Of a DNA stretch of 64,000 bases, positions 45,109 through 55,194 are shown in pieces. The position numbers and the translations under genes are program-made. The notes beneath the pieces were generated by a model. It was not told the DNA's origin. It searched no databases and was given only the letters and a program-made list of their open reading frames with translations. The DNA comes from Chloroflexota bacterium (lineage in GTDB: Bacteria; Chloroflexota; Dehalococcoidia; Bin125). Each line of letters opens with the position of its first letter. Positions within the stretch are counted from its first letter, which is position 1. The DNA lies in the NCBI GenBank assembly GCA_026707145.1, contig JAPOXK010000010.1, forward strand, positions 10,849-74,848, read 5' to 3'.

Positions 45109-46611
45109 ATGACCGAGGAACTCAGCGAGCGGCAGCGCGAACTCCACCAGCAGCGAAGGCAGAAGGCCGAGTCGCTCCGGGCGGCGGGCAGCGATCCCTA
45201 TCCGGCACGGACTTCGCGCACGCACACGCTTGCGCAAGCGAAAGCGGAGTTCGTCGCCTTTGAGGAGGCGGCGAGTGGTGCAGCGCCTTCGGTGGTGGTG
45301 GCCGGCCGGGTAACGGCGCTGCGGAACCTCGGGAAGATCGCTTTCCTTGACCTACGGGATGGCAGCGGCGAGCTGCAACTGCATTGCGGCCGAGACGCGG
45401 TGACGCATGAGGGGGAGTCGGCAGGGTGGGGGCTGCTGGAGTCGCTGGACTTAGGGGATTTTGTGGAGGCCTGGGGGTCGATGATGCGGACGCGGCGGGG
45501 CGAGGTGTCCGTGGATGTGGAGGGATGGCGCCTGCTGGCGAAAGCGTTGCGCTCACCTCCAGAGAAATTCCATGGATTGCGGGACGTGGAGGCGCGGTAC
45601 CGCCAACGCTACTTGGACATCCAGAGCAATCCGGGGTCGCGGGGGGTGTTCGAGGTCCGGTCGCGCGTGATTGCAGCATTGCGGCGTTGGATGGACGAAC
45701 GGGGATTTCTGGAAGTGGAGACGCCGGTGCTGCAGCCGGAGGCGGGGGGAGCGGCGGCACGCCCGTTCCGGACACACTTCAATGCGCTCGAGGAAACGCG
45801 CTACTTGCGCATTGCCTTGGAACTGCACTTGAAGCGGTTGATCGTGGGTGGGTTCGACAAGGTGTACGAGATCGGGCGGATCTTCCGGAACGAAGGCGTG
45901 TCGACTCGTCACAATCCTGAGTTCACCATGATGGAGTCCTACGAGGCGTATACGGATTACTTGGGTGTGGCGGCGATGGTGGAGGAGCTCGTGGCCTATC
46001 TGGCGGAGACGGCGACGGGATCGACGCGTGTCCCGTGGGGCGATGCGACGATCGAGTTGGCGCCGCCGTGGCGGCGCCTGACCGTGGCGGAAGCGGTGCG
46101 GGATTATGCGGGGATCGAGTTGGAGCAGTACCGTGATGAGACGGCTCTGCGCACGTGGCTGCGCGATCAGGGGATTGCGGTGCCGGAACAGAAGGGCTGG
46201 GCCAAGCTGTTCGATACGCTGCTGAGCGAGCGCGTGGAGCCGGAGTTCGTGCAACCGACGTTCCTTCTCGACTGGCCGGTGGAGACCACGCCACTCGCGA
46301 AACGAGTGGCGGGTGACGCCTCGCTAGTGGAGCGGTTCGAAGCGTTCGTGGCGGGGTGGGAGATCGCGAATGCGTACAGCGAGCTGAACGACCCGGACGA
46401 CCAACGGTGCCGCTTTGAGGAGCAGCAAGCATTGCGACGGGCGGGAGATGAGGAGGCGGAGCTGATGGACGAGGACTTTCTCGTGGCGCTGGAGTACGGG
46501 ATGCCACCGACGGGGGGATTGGGTATGGGGATCGACCGGCTGGTGATGGTGCTGACGAACTCGCAATCGATCCGGGACGTGATCCTGTTCCCGCAGATGC
46601 GCCGTGCTTGA
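45109..46611 (+). CDS. lysS: Lysine--tRNA ligase (class II)
   Basis: PEKFHGL, RYRQRYLD, GGAAARPF.T, FRNEG...HNPEFT, YGMPPTGG.G.GIDRL. Confidence 0.98.
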   Translation: MTEELSERQRELHQQRRQKAESLRAAGSDPYPARTSRTHTLAQAKAEFVAFEEAASGAAPSVVVAGRVTALRNLGKIAFLDLRDGSGELQLHCGRDAVTHEGESAGWGLLESLDLGDFVEAWGSMMRTRRGEVSVDVEGWRLLAKALRSPPEKFHGLRDVEARYRQRYLDIQSNPGSRGVFEVRSRVIAALRRWMDERGFLEVETPVLQPEAGGAAARPFRTHFNALEETRYLRIALELHLKRLIVGGFDKVYEIGRIFRNEGVSTRHNPEFTMMESYEAYTDYLGVAAMVEELVAYLAETATGSTRVPWGDATIELAPPWRRLTVAEAVRDYAGIELEQYRDETALRTWLRDQGIAVPEQKGWAKLFDTLLSERVEPEFVQPTFLLDWPVETTPLAKRVAGDASLVERFEAFVAGWEIANAYSELNDPDDQRCRFEEQQALRRAGDEEAELMDEDFLVALEYGMPPTGGLGMGIDRLVMVLTNSQSIRDVILFPQMRRA

Positions 46612-46632
46612 TCGTGTTAGCAGTGTCGGCAG

Positions 46633-47148
46633 ATGCAGCGTCACTTTACGGTGACGGCATTCGTCTCGGCGGAGGGGGCGACGCTGCTGCACTGGCACGC
46701 GAAGAACCGAATGTGGTTGCCGCCCGGGGGGCATATTGAACCCGATGAAGATCCGCTGGAGGCGGCCTTGCGGGAGACAATGGAGGAGACGGGGATCGCG
46801 GTGACGGTGCTGCCGATATCCGAGCCGTTCGGCTTTGCCTCGCCGAGACAGCTGCCAGCGCCTGTGACGATCATGGTGGAATCGATTCCCGCGTCGGCGA
46901 GTGAACCGGCGCATGAGCATCTGGATCTGATCTACTTCACGCGACCCCAGAGCGAAGGGCGTCCGGAGATGGACGAGACGGACCCATCGGATCAATGGCG
47001 CTGGGTCGATGCGGCGGCGCTGCGGGCGGACGCAGCACTGCCGCTGTCGGAGGGAGGGCTGCGGGACGGTGATCGCCGGGCGCGCGTCTCGCAGGATGTC
47101 CGTGTTCTGGGGCTGGCGGCGATCGAGCGGGCGGCGGGGGGGCGGTAG
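46633..47148 (+). CDS. NUDIX hydrolase
   Basis: GGHIEPDEDP.EAALRE..EETG Nudix box. Confidence 0.92.
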   Translation: MQRHFTVTAFVSAEGATLLHWHAKNRMWLPPGGHIEPDEDPLEAALRETMEETGIAVTVLPISEPFGFASPRQLPAPVTIMVESIPASASEPAHEHLDLIYFTRPQSEGRPEMDETDPSDQWRWVDAAALRADAALPLSEGGLRDGDRRARVSQDVRVLGLAAIERAAGGR

Positions 47149-47167
47149 CCATGGAGAGCCGGTAGTC

Positions 47168-48433
47168 ATGCTGGCGATGCAGTTCATCCGTGAGCATCCG
47201 GACGCGGTCCGGCGATCGCTGGCGTTACGGCATGTGGAAGCGCCGTTGGAGGAGGCTCTGTCGCTGGACGAAGATCGGCGGCGGCTGCTGCGAGAAGTGG
47301 AGGCGCTCAAGGCTGATCGCAACGAGGCCGGGAGGGCGATCGGAAAGGCGCGGGACGGCGCCACGCGGGAGCAGTTGATCGCTGCGCAACGGGAGGTCGC
47401 GGGTCGCATCGACGCGTTGGATGTCGAGCTGCGGGAGGTGGATCGGCGGCTGTGTGATGCCTTATCGGCGATCCCGAACGTGGTGGATTCGTTGGTGCCG
47501 GAGGGTGCGGGCGAGGAAGACAACGTCGTGATGCGCGAGGAGGGAGAACGACGGGTGTTCGACTTCGAGCCGAAGCCGCACTGGGATATAGGGGAGGCGT
47601 TGGGGATCATCGAATTCGAGGCGGCGGCGGCGATAGCGGGGACGCGGATGTACGTACTGAAGGGGAAGGGCGCGCAACTCCAGCGGGCCCTGGTGGGTTA
47701 CTTCTTGGATACCCACGCTTCGAACGGCTACACGGAGGTGTATCTGCCGGCGATCGTGCGTGAGAAGTCGATGTGGGCGTCGGGGCAGCTACCGAAGTTT
47801 CGCGACAACCTCTACCACGATGCGGAAGAGGATTACTGGCTCATCCCGACGGCCGAGGTGCCGCTGACGAATCTGCACCGGGATACGGTATTGGACGAGG
47901 GGGATCTCCCGCTGCGCTACGTCGCGCATACCCCTTGCTTCCGCCGCGAGAAAATGAGTGCGGGGCGGGACGTGCGGGGTATCAAGCGCGTGCACCAGTT
48001 CGAGAAAGTGGAGATCTATCAGTTCACGACGCCCGAACAATCCACTGCGGCGCACCAGGAGATGCTTGCGGCGGCCGAGCTGCTGCTACAGGAGTTGGGG
48101 TTGGCCTACCGGGTCGTACAGCTCAGCAGCGGCGACTTGGGGTTCAGTGCCACGGCGAGCTATGACCTAGAGGTATGGTCGCCCGGCGTGAGGGAATGGG
48201 TGGAGGTCAGCAGCATCTCCAACTGCGCCGCGTTCCAAGCGCGCCGCGCCAATGTGCGGGTGCGTGGTTTGAAGCGGAAACCGGAGTTCGTGCACACGCT
48301 GAACGGCAGCGGCCTGCCGACAGGCCGTGTGCTGGCGGCGATCTTAGAAACCTATCAGAGATCCGATGGTGGCGTGGCGGTGCCGGAGGTGCTCCAGCAT
48401 CGCATGGGCCGCCTGATGCAAGTGACGCCTTAG
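47168..48433 (+). CDS. serS: Serine--tRNA ligase
   Basis: GQLPKF, LIPTAEVP, CFRRE..SAGRD.RG..R.HQF.KVE, HTLNGSGL. Confidence 0.98.
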   Translation: MLAMQFIREHPDAVRRSLALRHVEAPLEEALSLDEDRRRLLREVEALKADRNEAGRAIGKARDGATREQLIAAQREVAGRIDALDVELREVDRRLCDALSAIPNVVDSLVPEGAGEEDNVVMREEGERRVFDFEPKPHWDIGEALGIIEFEAAAAIAGTRMYVLKGKGAQLQRALVGYFLDTHASNGYTEVYLPAIVREKSMWASGQLPKFRDNLYHDAEEDYWLIPTAEVPLTNLHRDTVLDEGDLPLRYVAHTPCFRREKMSAGRDVRGIKRVHQFEKVEIYQFTTPEQSTAAHQEMLAAAELLLQELGLAYRVVQLSSGDLGFSATASYDLEVWSPGVREWVEVSSISNCAAFQARRANVRVRGLKRKPEFVHTLNGSGLPTGRVLAAILETYQRSDGGVAVPEVLQHRMGRLMQVTP

Positions 48434-48591
48434 CGGCGCGACGCTACCGCTGGAGCGACGGTGGGGGCTTGTCTGAGGGCTCGGTGACGAAGAGAGGCAA
48501 GCGGCTGGGCGGCGGCATGACAAGCACGCTTACCCCAGAGGGGCCGCACCCTAGTGGCTGCGCCGATGCGCGTCGGCGGCGATTGAAGTGG

Positions 48592-49122
48592 CTAAGCGGG
48601 CACGTTGACGGGTGCGGCCTCGCGCCAGCCGGGGATCTCGAGGCCGTAAAAGTAGCCGAGGATCATGATCGCAAGGCCTTGTTTGGTCTTACCGATGCCT
48701 GGGACGGTACCGATGCGTTTCAAGACTGCGGTGGCGTCCGGCTGGTCTCGCCAGATATTGTCGGCCTTGCCTCCGTAATCCTCGGCGATGACGGTGCATG
48801 CTTGCTGAACACGGCGGCCCATGCTTTTCGGGAAGCGATGGACGGCGGGTTTCTCCGACATGACTTGGAGGAATTCTTCCTCGGGCATCGCCGCGATGCG
48901 TTTGGGGTTGAGGTGCCCGAGGCGGCGCTTAAGCAGGTACGGGCCCATCCAAGCTCTGGCCATCGGGATCTGCTGATCTAGCACTAGGCCGATCAGAAAG
49001 GCGTTGGCGCTGCGACCGAGAAGCTTGTTGGCGGCGCGGCTGTCTGTGAAGGGAGGGACGGGCGTGCCGTCGGCCTCGAAGGCGGGCTTGAAGTCACGGC
49101 AGAGGGCCGCCGGATCTCCCAT
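48592..49122 (-). CDS. HhH-GPD-type base-excision repair protein
   Basis: LIG..LDQQIPM..A..GP, PAVHRFP.SM, HhH VPGIGKTK. Confidence 0.85.
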   Translation of the reverse strand: MGDPAALCRDFKPAFEADGTPVPPFTDSRAANKLLGRSANAFLIGLVLDQQIPMARAWMGPYLLKRRLGHLNPKRIAAMPEEEFLQVMSEKPAVHRFPKSMGRRVQQACTVIAEDYGGKADNIWRDQPDATAVLKRIGTVPGIGKTKQGLAIMILGYFYGLEIPGWREAAPVNVPA

Positions 49123-49286
49123 GGCATAGTGCTCCTTTCGGAAGCGGTTTTGCGACTGGACGATTGTAACGGAGCGTGCTGCGACTCCGGTTCTGTCAGC
49201 GAGGGCAACGCTGGATAGGTCGGCTGCGCGTGGCGGCGGGCGAATCGCGGAGGCGCGAAACTGCACCCTTCTCGCGCGCTAGGGGG

Positions 49287-50321
49287 CTAAGACACCGGCA
49301 TCCATTCGCCTCCGGCCTGAATCTCTTTGGCCTTGGGAATGATCTCTTCTCCAACTTGCTGGGCCCGCTCGAAGAACTCGTCGACGGTACCGCTCGGGCA
49401 ATCCTGGAAGAAGACCATCAGCGAGTAGCCGGCCTCGGCGAAAGCCGCGAGGTCCTCAAGAATCATCTCCGGTGTGCCCGAGCAGTTCGGGCGTCTCTTC
49501 CCCGTCGAGAGCCAGGGATCGTCCGGCGCGGTGATGCGGCAGGATGAGAGCGCGATCAGCTGGAACTGTGAAAGGTCTTTGCCCACGCGATCGGCCTCGT
49601 GGCGAATCTCGTCGAGGAAGTGATCGAGGTCGTGGGGCCCGACCTGGGGATTGGAGAAGATGGGGTAGAAGCCGTCGCAGAGACGGGCGGCGCGGCGGGC
49701 GCCGGCCCGGGACTGGCCGCCGAAGATCAGGGGCGGGTAGGGCTTCTGGACGGGCTTGGGATCCATGGAGAGGTTGGCGAAGTCGTAGAACTCTCCGTGG
49801 AACTCGACGATCTCTTCCGTCCAGCAGCGCTTGTAGATCTCGATGCACTCATCGGTCTGATCGCCGCGGCGCTCGTAGTCGAGGCCCAACGCTTCGAACT
49901 CCTCAAGCGCCCAGCCGGCGCCGACGCCGGCAATCACGCGCCCGTTGGAGAGCCAGTCGACGGTCGCGAACTGCCGGGCGTCGTGGAGGGGTGGACGGTA
50001 GGGCGAGATCAGGACGGAAGTGGCGAGCTTGACCCGCTCGGTGGCGACGGCGACGCCCGCCATGGTGGCGAGGGCGTCGTACATGGAGGGGCTGACGGGA
50101 TAGTGCCGCCGGCCAGTTTCCGGGTTGACGATGTTCACGTTAGTGGTCTGGCGCGGGAGGGTCACGTGGTCGGGGAACCACAGGGAATGGAAGCCCTGCC
50201 GCTCCGCAAGCTGGGCGAACGCGACCGGCTTCTGGTCCTGCGGCTCCGCGCGCTCCAGCCAGAACTCGTTTTCGTTGCGCATGAAGACCCCGTGGGTGGG
50301 CATGTAACTGCCGATCTGCAT
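49287..50321 (-). CDS. LLM class oxidoreductase, probably F420-dependent (Rv2161c-like)
   Basis: SLWFPDHV..P, LATSVLI.PYR.P, GVGAGW..EEF, PKPVQKPYPP. Confidence 0.88.
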   Translation of the reverse strand: MQIGSYMPTHGVFMRNENEFWLERAEPQDQKPVAFAQLAERQGFHSLWFPDHVTLPRQTTNVNIVNPETGRRHYPVSPSMYDALATMAGVAVATERVKLATSVLISPYRPPLHDARQFATVDWLSNGRVIAGVGAGWALEEFEALGLDYERRGDQTDECIEIYKRCWTEEIVEFHGEFYDFANLSMDPKPVQKPYPPLIFGGQSRAGARRAARLCDGFYPIFSNPQVGPHDLDHFLDEIRHEADRVGKDLSQFQLIALSSCRITAPDDPWLSTGKRRPNCSGTPEMILEDLAAFAEAGYSLMVFFQDCPSGTVDEFFERAQQVGEEIIPKAKEIQAGGEWMPVS

Positions 50322-50341
50322 CGCCTGTTCCTTTCCGCTGA

Positions 50342-51274
50342 CTAGGGCTGCAGTGTGAGGAGCGCGCTGCGGATTTCGGCTGCGCGCTCAATGGTCTCTT
50401 CGAGAGTGGCCTGGACGGGGATGAGGCTGAAGTGCCGCGCGCCGAGCTCAACGTAGGGAGCAAGGTGATCCGCGATCTCCTGTGCGGAACCGTAGGGTGT
50501 GTAGCGTTCGAAGCGATCGAAGGGGATCCGGTAAACGTCCTTCATGGCGGCGGCGACGCGCGCGCGGGCCGCGCCGCGATTATCGTCAACGCTGGTCCAG
50601 ATTTGGAGACCGAGTTCGACGGCGCTGGCGTCGCGGCCGGCTTCCGTGGCCGCTGTCGCGATCGTCTCCGCGGCGCTACGGAAACGGTCGAGGGAAAGCC
50701 AGATGCCGGTATAGCCGTCGGCGAGGCGGCCGGCGCGATCGAGGGCTGCGGTGCTGCGACCGCCGATGTGGATGGGGACGGGGCGGGTGGGCTTGGGGTT
50801 CATGCTAATGTCGCGCAGCTGGTAGTGGTCGCCTTCGAAGGTGACGTGGTCCCGGCTCCAGAGCAGCCTGATGATCTGAATCGCCTCATTGGTGCGGGCC
50901 CCGCGGGTGTGGAGATCGACACCGCAGGCCTCGAACTCCTTGGGATCCTCCCCGCCGACGCCGACGCCGAAAATGAGCCGGCCGCCGGAGAGCTGGTCGA
51001 GCTGCGCGGCTTGTAGGGCGACCGGCGAAGGATGGCGCAGCGGCAGCAGGTAGACGCTGGTCTTGAGTTCGATCCGCTCGGTGACGGCGGCGATGGCGGC
51101 GAGCGTGAGGAGGCCGTCCGTGCCCTTGCCGTAAAAGGTGACGTGGTCGCCGGTGTGGATGCCGTCGAGGTTGGCGGCCTCGGCGCGACGACCGGCTTCG
51201 AGGGCTTGCTTGGGATCGCGAGCGGTCGCGGCACCCCAGCCACGCGCTGTGACCCCGACCTTGAGATTGACCAT
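50342..51274 (-). CDS. LLM class flavin/F420-dependent oxidoreductase
   Basis: GDHV, VYLLPLRHP, GVGVGGE...EF, IGGRS.AA..RA. Confidence 0.88.
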   Translation of the reverse strand: MVNLKVGVTARGWGAATARDPKQALEAGRRAEAANLDGIHTGDHVTFYGKGTDGLLTLAAIAAVTERIELKTSVYLLPLRHPSPVALQAAQLDQLSGGRLIFGVGVGGEDPKEFEACGVDLHTRGARTNEAIQIIRLLWSRDHVTFEGDHYQLRDISMNPKPTRPVPIHIGGRSTAALDRAGRLADGYTGIWLSLDRFRSAAETIATAATEAGRDASAVELGLQIWTSVDDNRGAARARVAAAMKDVYRIPFDRFERYTPYGSAQEIADHLAPYVELGARHFSLIPVQATLEETIERAAEIRSALLTLQP

Positions 51275-51536
51275 GGCATTACTCCAACGGCGCAGGGTAC
51301 TGCGACGCGAGCGCGTGTGGGGAGGATCGCTAGGATGGCATAACGCGATGGGTGCGCCCGCACGGTCAGCAATCTCGGAGGTTGAGGGTCTGACTGAGCG
51401 GTTGACGGCCATCCTGCGGGAGCGCACGCAGGCTGCCATGGTACGTACGGCACGGGTTGGCGAGCTACCTGCCGTTGGCAGTGCTGGCCTTCGGGGAAGG
51501 TCTTCATTGAGTGGGGCTCCGCCGTAAACTGGCCGG

Positions 51537-52172
51537 GTGAAGGCGCAGTACGACCCGGAACCGTTTAGCGTCGCGATCCTGGTGGGTGGTTTTGGGAGGC
51601 GGCTGGGGATGGAGAAGGCGCGGGCCCTTGCCGCTGGCCGTCCGTTGCTGCACTGGACTGCCGCGGCGGTCGCGCGGCTGACGGACGATCTGATCGTGGT
51701 GCGCCGGGTGGATCAGAGGATCGCGAGGGCTGAGGGAGTCGTCTGGCGGGAAGCGGTCGACCGAGAGGCAGAGCGAGGACCCCTGGCTGGGATCGAAGCG
51801 GCGCTTGCGGCTGCTCGGCATGACTTGGTGATCGTATTCGCGTGTGACATGCCGCTCTTGCGGCCGGCGTTGGTGCGATTGCTGGTGCGCGCGGCGGTTG
51901 ACGTTGACGTCGCGATTCCGGTGGTCAATGGACGGGAGGAACCGCTCGCGGCCGCTTATCGTGTGAGTTGCCTGGAGTCCGTGCGAAGCGCGTTGTCTGC
52001 CGGCGAGGGCCGTCCGGTCGCGATTCTCAAGGAGTTGCAGGTTCGACGATTGACGGCGGCAGAGTTGCGTGCGGAGGACCCGCGTCTGGTGTCGCTGACG
52101 AACATCAACTATCCAGAAGATCTGGAACGAGTCGAACGGGAATTGGAAGCGCGCGCCGCGGCGAATTCGTGA
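51537..52172 (+). CDS. mobA: Molybdenum cofactor guanylyltransferase
   Basis: ILVGG..RRLG.EKA, GPLAGI, ACDMP, EPL.A.Y, NIN.PED. Confidence 0.9.
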   Translation: MKAQYDPEPFSVAILVGGFGRRLGMEKARALAAGRPLLHWTAAAVARLTDDLIVVRRVDQRIARAEGVVWREAVDREAERGPLAGIEAALAAARHDLVIVFACDMPLLRPALVRLLVRAAVDVDVAIPVVNGREEPLAAAYRVSCLESVRSALSAGEGRPVAILKELQVRRLTAAELRAEDPRLVSLTNINYPEDLERVERELEARAAANS

Positions 52173-52194
52173 GCGGCGCAGAGGAGGCCGAGCA

Positions 52195-52515
52195 ATGTAC
52201 CGACGCGTATTCCGGGGGCAGGTGGCGCCGGGACGCCACGGCGAGTTCTTGGCGGCAGTGGAGGAGGCGCTTCTCTACCAGCACCAGCGCGGGATCCGTG
52301 CGCGCTACTCGGTCTGGGACGCACTCACGGGGCGCGCGAGCGAAGTGGAGATCGTCTCGGAATTCGAGTCGTTGCAAGACTTGGAGCAATTCGAGGAGCT
52401 CGTGGCGCAGGACCAGGCTTTCGCAGGTATCCGGCAGCGCGTGCGGGCGGCGATGATGTTCGAGAGTACGACGGTCACGCTGTACCGCCAGCTGGACGTG
52501 AGCCCAACGAGCTAG
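52195..52515 (+). CDS. Small ferredoxin-like/NIPSNAP-like hypothetical protein
   Basis: GAGGAGG RBS; dimeric alpha-beta-barrel-like pattern (EFESL.D.E). Confidence 0.6.
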   Translation: MYRRVFRGQVAPGRHGEFLAAVEEALLYQHQRGIRARYSVWDALTGRASEVEIVSEFESLQDLEQFEELVAQDQAFAGIRQRVRAAMMFESTTVTLYRQLDVSPTS

Positions 52516-54185
52516 GAGCCGCCGCCGGCCGTGCGCGTGGGGGGGAGTCCGAGCGTTGCGCCCAATTCTTCCTGCACGCGGGCGACGGCGGCCGAATCGG
52601 TGCCGATCACGGCCCAGACAGCCGTGTCGTTCCTCGCCACCCAGATCGAGCGATTACCGTCAATGGCGGTGACGGCCCGGCCGTCCGTGAACTCGACGAT
52701 GTTGCTCGCGGTTTCGCTCAGGAGCCGGGCATACTGCTCGAAGAACTCGCTGGCGTCCTGACTCGTGTCCCATGTGGTGTGCCATGCGAGCAGGCTGGTG
52801 TCGTTGGGTCCGATGTAGAGGCTGAGGCGGTCGCCGCCCCAGCCGGCGCCCGCGCGGGCGGCGTCTGCACGGGGAAGGAAGTGGTCTAGGTACTCGGTGA
52901 TGATGAACTCGCCGATGGTGTCGTGACCGATCGGCAGCCAGTCGGCGGCGCCAAGCGCCGTGTAGACATCGGGGTTGGGAAGGACGACGGGCTGCAGCGA
53001 CGCGGGATCGGCCGGAGGGTCGATGGAGTGAAGGAGCTGCTCGGTGGACTCGGGAGATATGGCAAGGACGCCATTAACGCCCTCGAATCCGGATCTGTCG
53101 CGGATATGAGCAGCGATCAAAGCGCCTTCAATGTAGGGAGAGAAGAAGATCTCTTTCACGATGGCGGGGACGGCCAAGCGCGGGGCGGGAAGGATGTCTA
53201 GTGCGGTTGGGAGCTGTGGTCCGTACCGTGCGATGAGGTCGCCGAAGAGGCGTTCAGCGACTGTGGCATCGCCTTCGACGATGAAGCGGAAGGCGAGGCG
53301 AGCGTCGGAGTTGCCGGAGAGTTCCTCGAACGTGTCTCCGATCTGAAAGTGCTGGTCTTGCAAGGCGTGTACGAACTCGTGGGTAACGGTGCCGAGATCA
53401 CGGGAGGAGAGGCCATCGTTGCCGCTAACGATGACGAAGGATGCGATATCCGAATCGTAAAAGCCCAGGACCCCGCTCTCGATCAGGTCCCGTTGCAGCT
53501 CGACCAAGCTGTCCTTCTCGTCAAGCAAGCCGAAGAGCCGGAGGACGAACTCGGAGGCAAGATCCTCGCGCCGATCGGCATCGTCGATGCCGGATTCGAA
53601 GTAGGTGACGATGTCGCTTCGGCGGATGAGGTAGACGGGGACTTCTCGGAGGAGTGGGAGACCACGCCGCTCGGCGACGGTTTGACCAATTTCGTTCAGG
53701 ATCTCTTTGTCCGTCGGATCGGTCAACGCGATGAGCAGGTCTACTCGAAGTCCCGGTGGGGCGCTTTCGAGGCTGGGCGCGGGGGTTACGGGTTCGCCGG
53801 CATCCGCTGGGGAGGGCAGTTCAACGGGTTGGGTAGGAAGGCGCTCGTCGGGGGGCGGTTGCGCGCCGCGGGGCGGCTCGGCAGATGTAGGCGATGCGGG
53901 TGATGGCTGGGCAACCGCGGGCGGCTCGGCGGATGTGGGCGATGCGGGTGGTGGCTGGGCAACCGCGGGCGGCTCGGTGGATGTAGGCGATATGGGAGGC
54001 GATTGTGCACCGGGAGGCGGTTCGTTAGTGGCTGGCGGTGCGGGCGGCGGCTCGATCTCCTCCCGGGCTTGCTGGCGGGGAGCGTCGCCGGCGCGGGGCG
54101 GGACGTCCTCACCGCAAGCAGTGAGGAGAAAGACGAGCGTCGTAACGAATGCGATGCAGGCGGCAGGGAAACGAAGGACCACCAT
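52512..54185 (-). CDS. Lipoprotein zinc metallopeptidase-like protein with Pro-rich repeats
   Basis: LLTAC lipobox; GFYD, HEFVHALQDQHF, EGDA, GWGGD motifs. Confidence 0.8.
   Translation of the reverse strand: MVVLRFPAACIAFVTTLVFLLTACGEDVPPRAGDAPRQQAREEIEPPPAPPATNEPPPGAQSPPISPTSTEPPAVAQPPPASPTSAEPPAVAQPSPASPTSAEPPRGAQPPPDERLPTQPVELPSPADAGEPVTPAPSLESAPPGLRVDLLIALTDPTDKEILNEIGQTVAERRGLPLLREVPVYLIRRSDIVTYFESGIDDADRREDLASEFVLRLFGLLDEKDSLVELQRDLIESGVLGFYDSDIASFVIVSGNDGLSSRDLGTVTHEFVHALQDQHFQIGDTFEELSGNSDARLAFRFIVEGDATVAERLFGDLIARYGPQLPTALDILPAPRLAVPAIVKEIFFSPYIEGALIAAHIRDRSGFEGVNGVLAISPESTEQLLHSIDPPADPASLQPVVLPNPDVYTALGAADWLPIGHDTIGEFIITEYLDHFLPRADAARAGAGWGGDRLSLYIGPNDTSLLAWHTTWDTSQDASEFFEQYARLLSETASNIVEFTDGRAVTAIDGNRSIWVARNDTAVWAVIGTDSAAVARVQEELGATLGLPPTRTAGGGS
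53855..54005 (-). repeat. Three 48-bp tandem repeats (ASPTSAEPPAVAQPPP)
   Basis: GGCGGCTCGG(C/T)(A/G)GATGT(A/G)GGCGAT repeated at 48-nt period. Confidence 0.8.
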
Positions 54186-54258
54186 TGGGGAGAGCTCCGT
54201 TTATATACTCAGGGTAGCCAATCGGCGAGCGCAGCCGCGATCGGAGTAAATAGGAAAC

Positions 54259-54516
54259 GTGATAGTCAGGCGCGACGCGAGTGTGGTAGCGGAGTATCGG
54301 GAAGCGTGGGCCGCTTGGCAAAGGCAGCTGGAGAAGGTGCACCAGACGTTTCTGGATGGTGTGCCGTTGGGGGCCCCGCAGCTCAAAGGGTTGCTGAACC
54401 GGGAGACGCGTGCCAAGGAACGCTATGACGCGGCGCGGCGCAAGCTGCTGGGCCTGCCCGATACGGGGGCGGAAACGGATGGATTTGCGTTTCCTCCCGG
54501 ACCGCCGGCGCGGTAG
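54259..54516 (+). CDS. Small hypothetical protein
   Basis: 85-aa helical ORF with typical codon usage (LKGLLNRE.RAK.RYD.AR..LLGL). Confidence 0.65.
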   Translation: MIVRRDASVVAEYREAWAAWQRQLEKVHQTFLDGVPLGAPQLKGLLNRETRAKERYDAARRKLLGLPDTGAETDGFAFPPGPPAR

Positions 54517-54731
54517 GGGCGTGCGACGATGGTGGATCTGCGCATAGTGACGCAGCCGTCGCGCCGGTGCCGCGGGATCCGCCCGTGGCGAGAGCGATGT
54601 GCCCGGATCCCTCGACGCTGGGCTCGTGCTCGTTGGGGGACAGAAAATTGATCGGGCCGAATTGGCAGCCGTAGACTGACTACAGCGCGTGAGGGGCGAT
54701 CTGCGAGTCGCTCGCGCGGCGTGGGGATGCT

Positions 54732-55178
54732 GTGGACGAATACGGGGTCGATCTAGACGAGATCGGGCGCGTCATTGATGCGGCGGAGGTGTTGGTGGTG
54801 CGCTTCCAGGTGGTGGAGGCGCGGCTTTTGCTCGATTTTCGAACGTCGCCCGGCGAGGGGCCGCTGGTCAAGATTGTTCCACGTGCCGGGTCGGTGGAAG
54901 AGCGCTTCCGTAGCCTGAAGAAACTGCGCCCGGCTTTCCCCTTGCCCGATCGGATTCTTTCCTTCCTATGGCCGCGTGGCGTGCTGGCGCTGGAAGAGTC
55001 CGGCGTCCTCGGTCGGTTGGAGCGTCGCTTGGGCGAGTTGGGCGGCGCGGCGGCGCAGACCGCGTGCGCAGAGACCTATGACGAGCTGCGGCGTGAGGAA
55101 TCGGCGATGCTCGTGGCGGCGATCCGAGGTGGTGACGGGTTTCAGACCTTGTGGCAGCGGGATCCCGAGATTGACTAG
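54732..55178 (+). CDS. Hypothetical protein
   Basis: 148-aa ORF (RLLLDFR...GP...[15 protein letters not shown]); TTGATC-N18-TAGACT promoter upstream. Confidence 0.75.
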   Translation: MDEYGVDLDEIGRVIDAAEVLVVRFQVVEARLLLDFRTSPGEGPLVKIVPRAGSVEERFRSLKKLRPAFPLPDRILSFLWPRGVLALEESGVLGRLERRLGELGGAAAQTACAETYDELRREESAMLVAAIRGGDGFQTLWQRDPEID

Positions 55179-55194
55179 CACAGCGGGGCCTGCT

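Noticed and set aside
46633-47148. NUDIX gene as the NrtR regulator
   Set aside because: 171 aa with an intact Nudix box and no C-terminal winged HTH
54875-54890. parS-like TGTTCCACGTG
   Set aside because: Only a partial match, inside a CDS; the right arm does not fit
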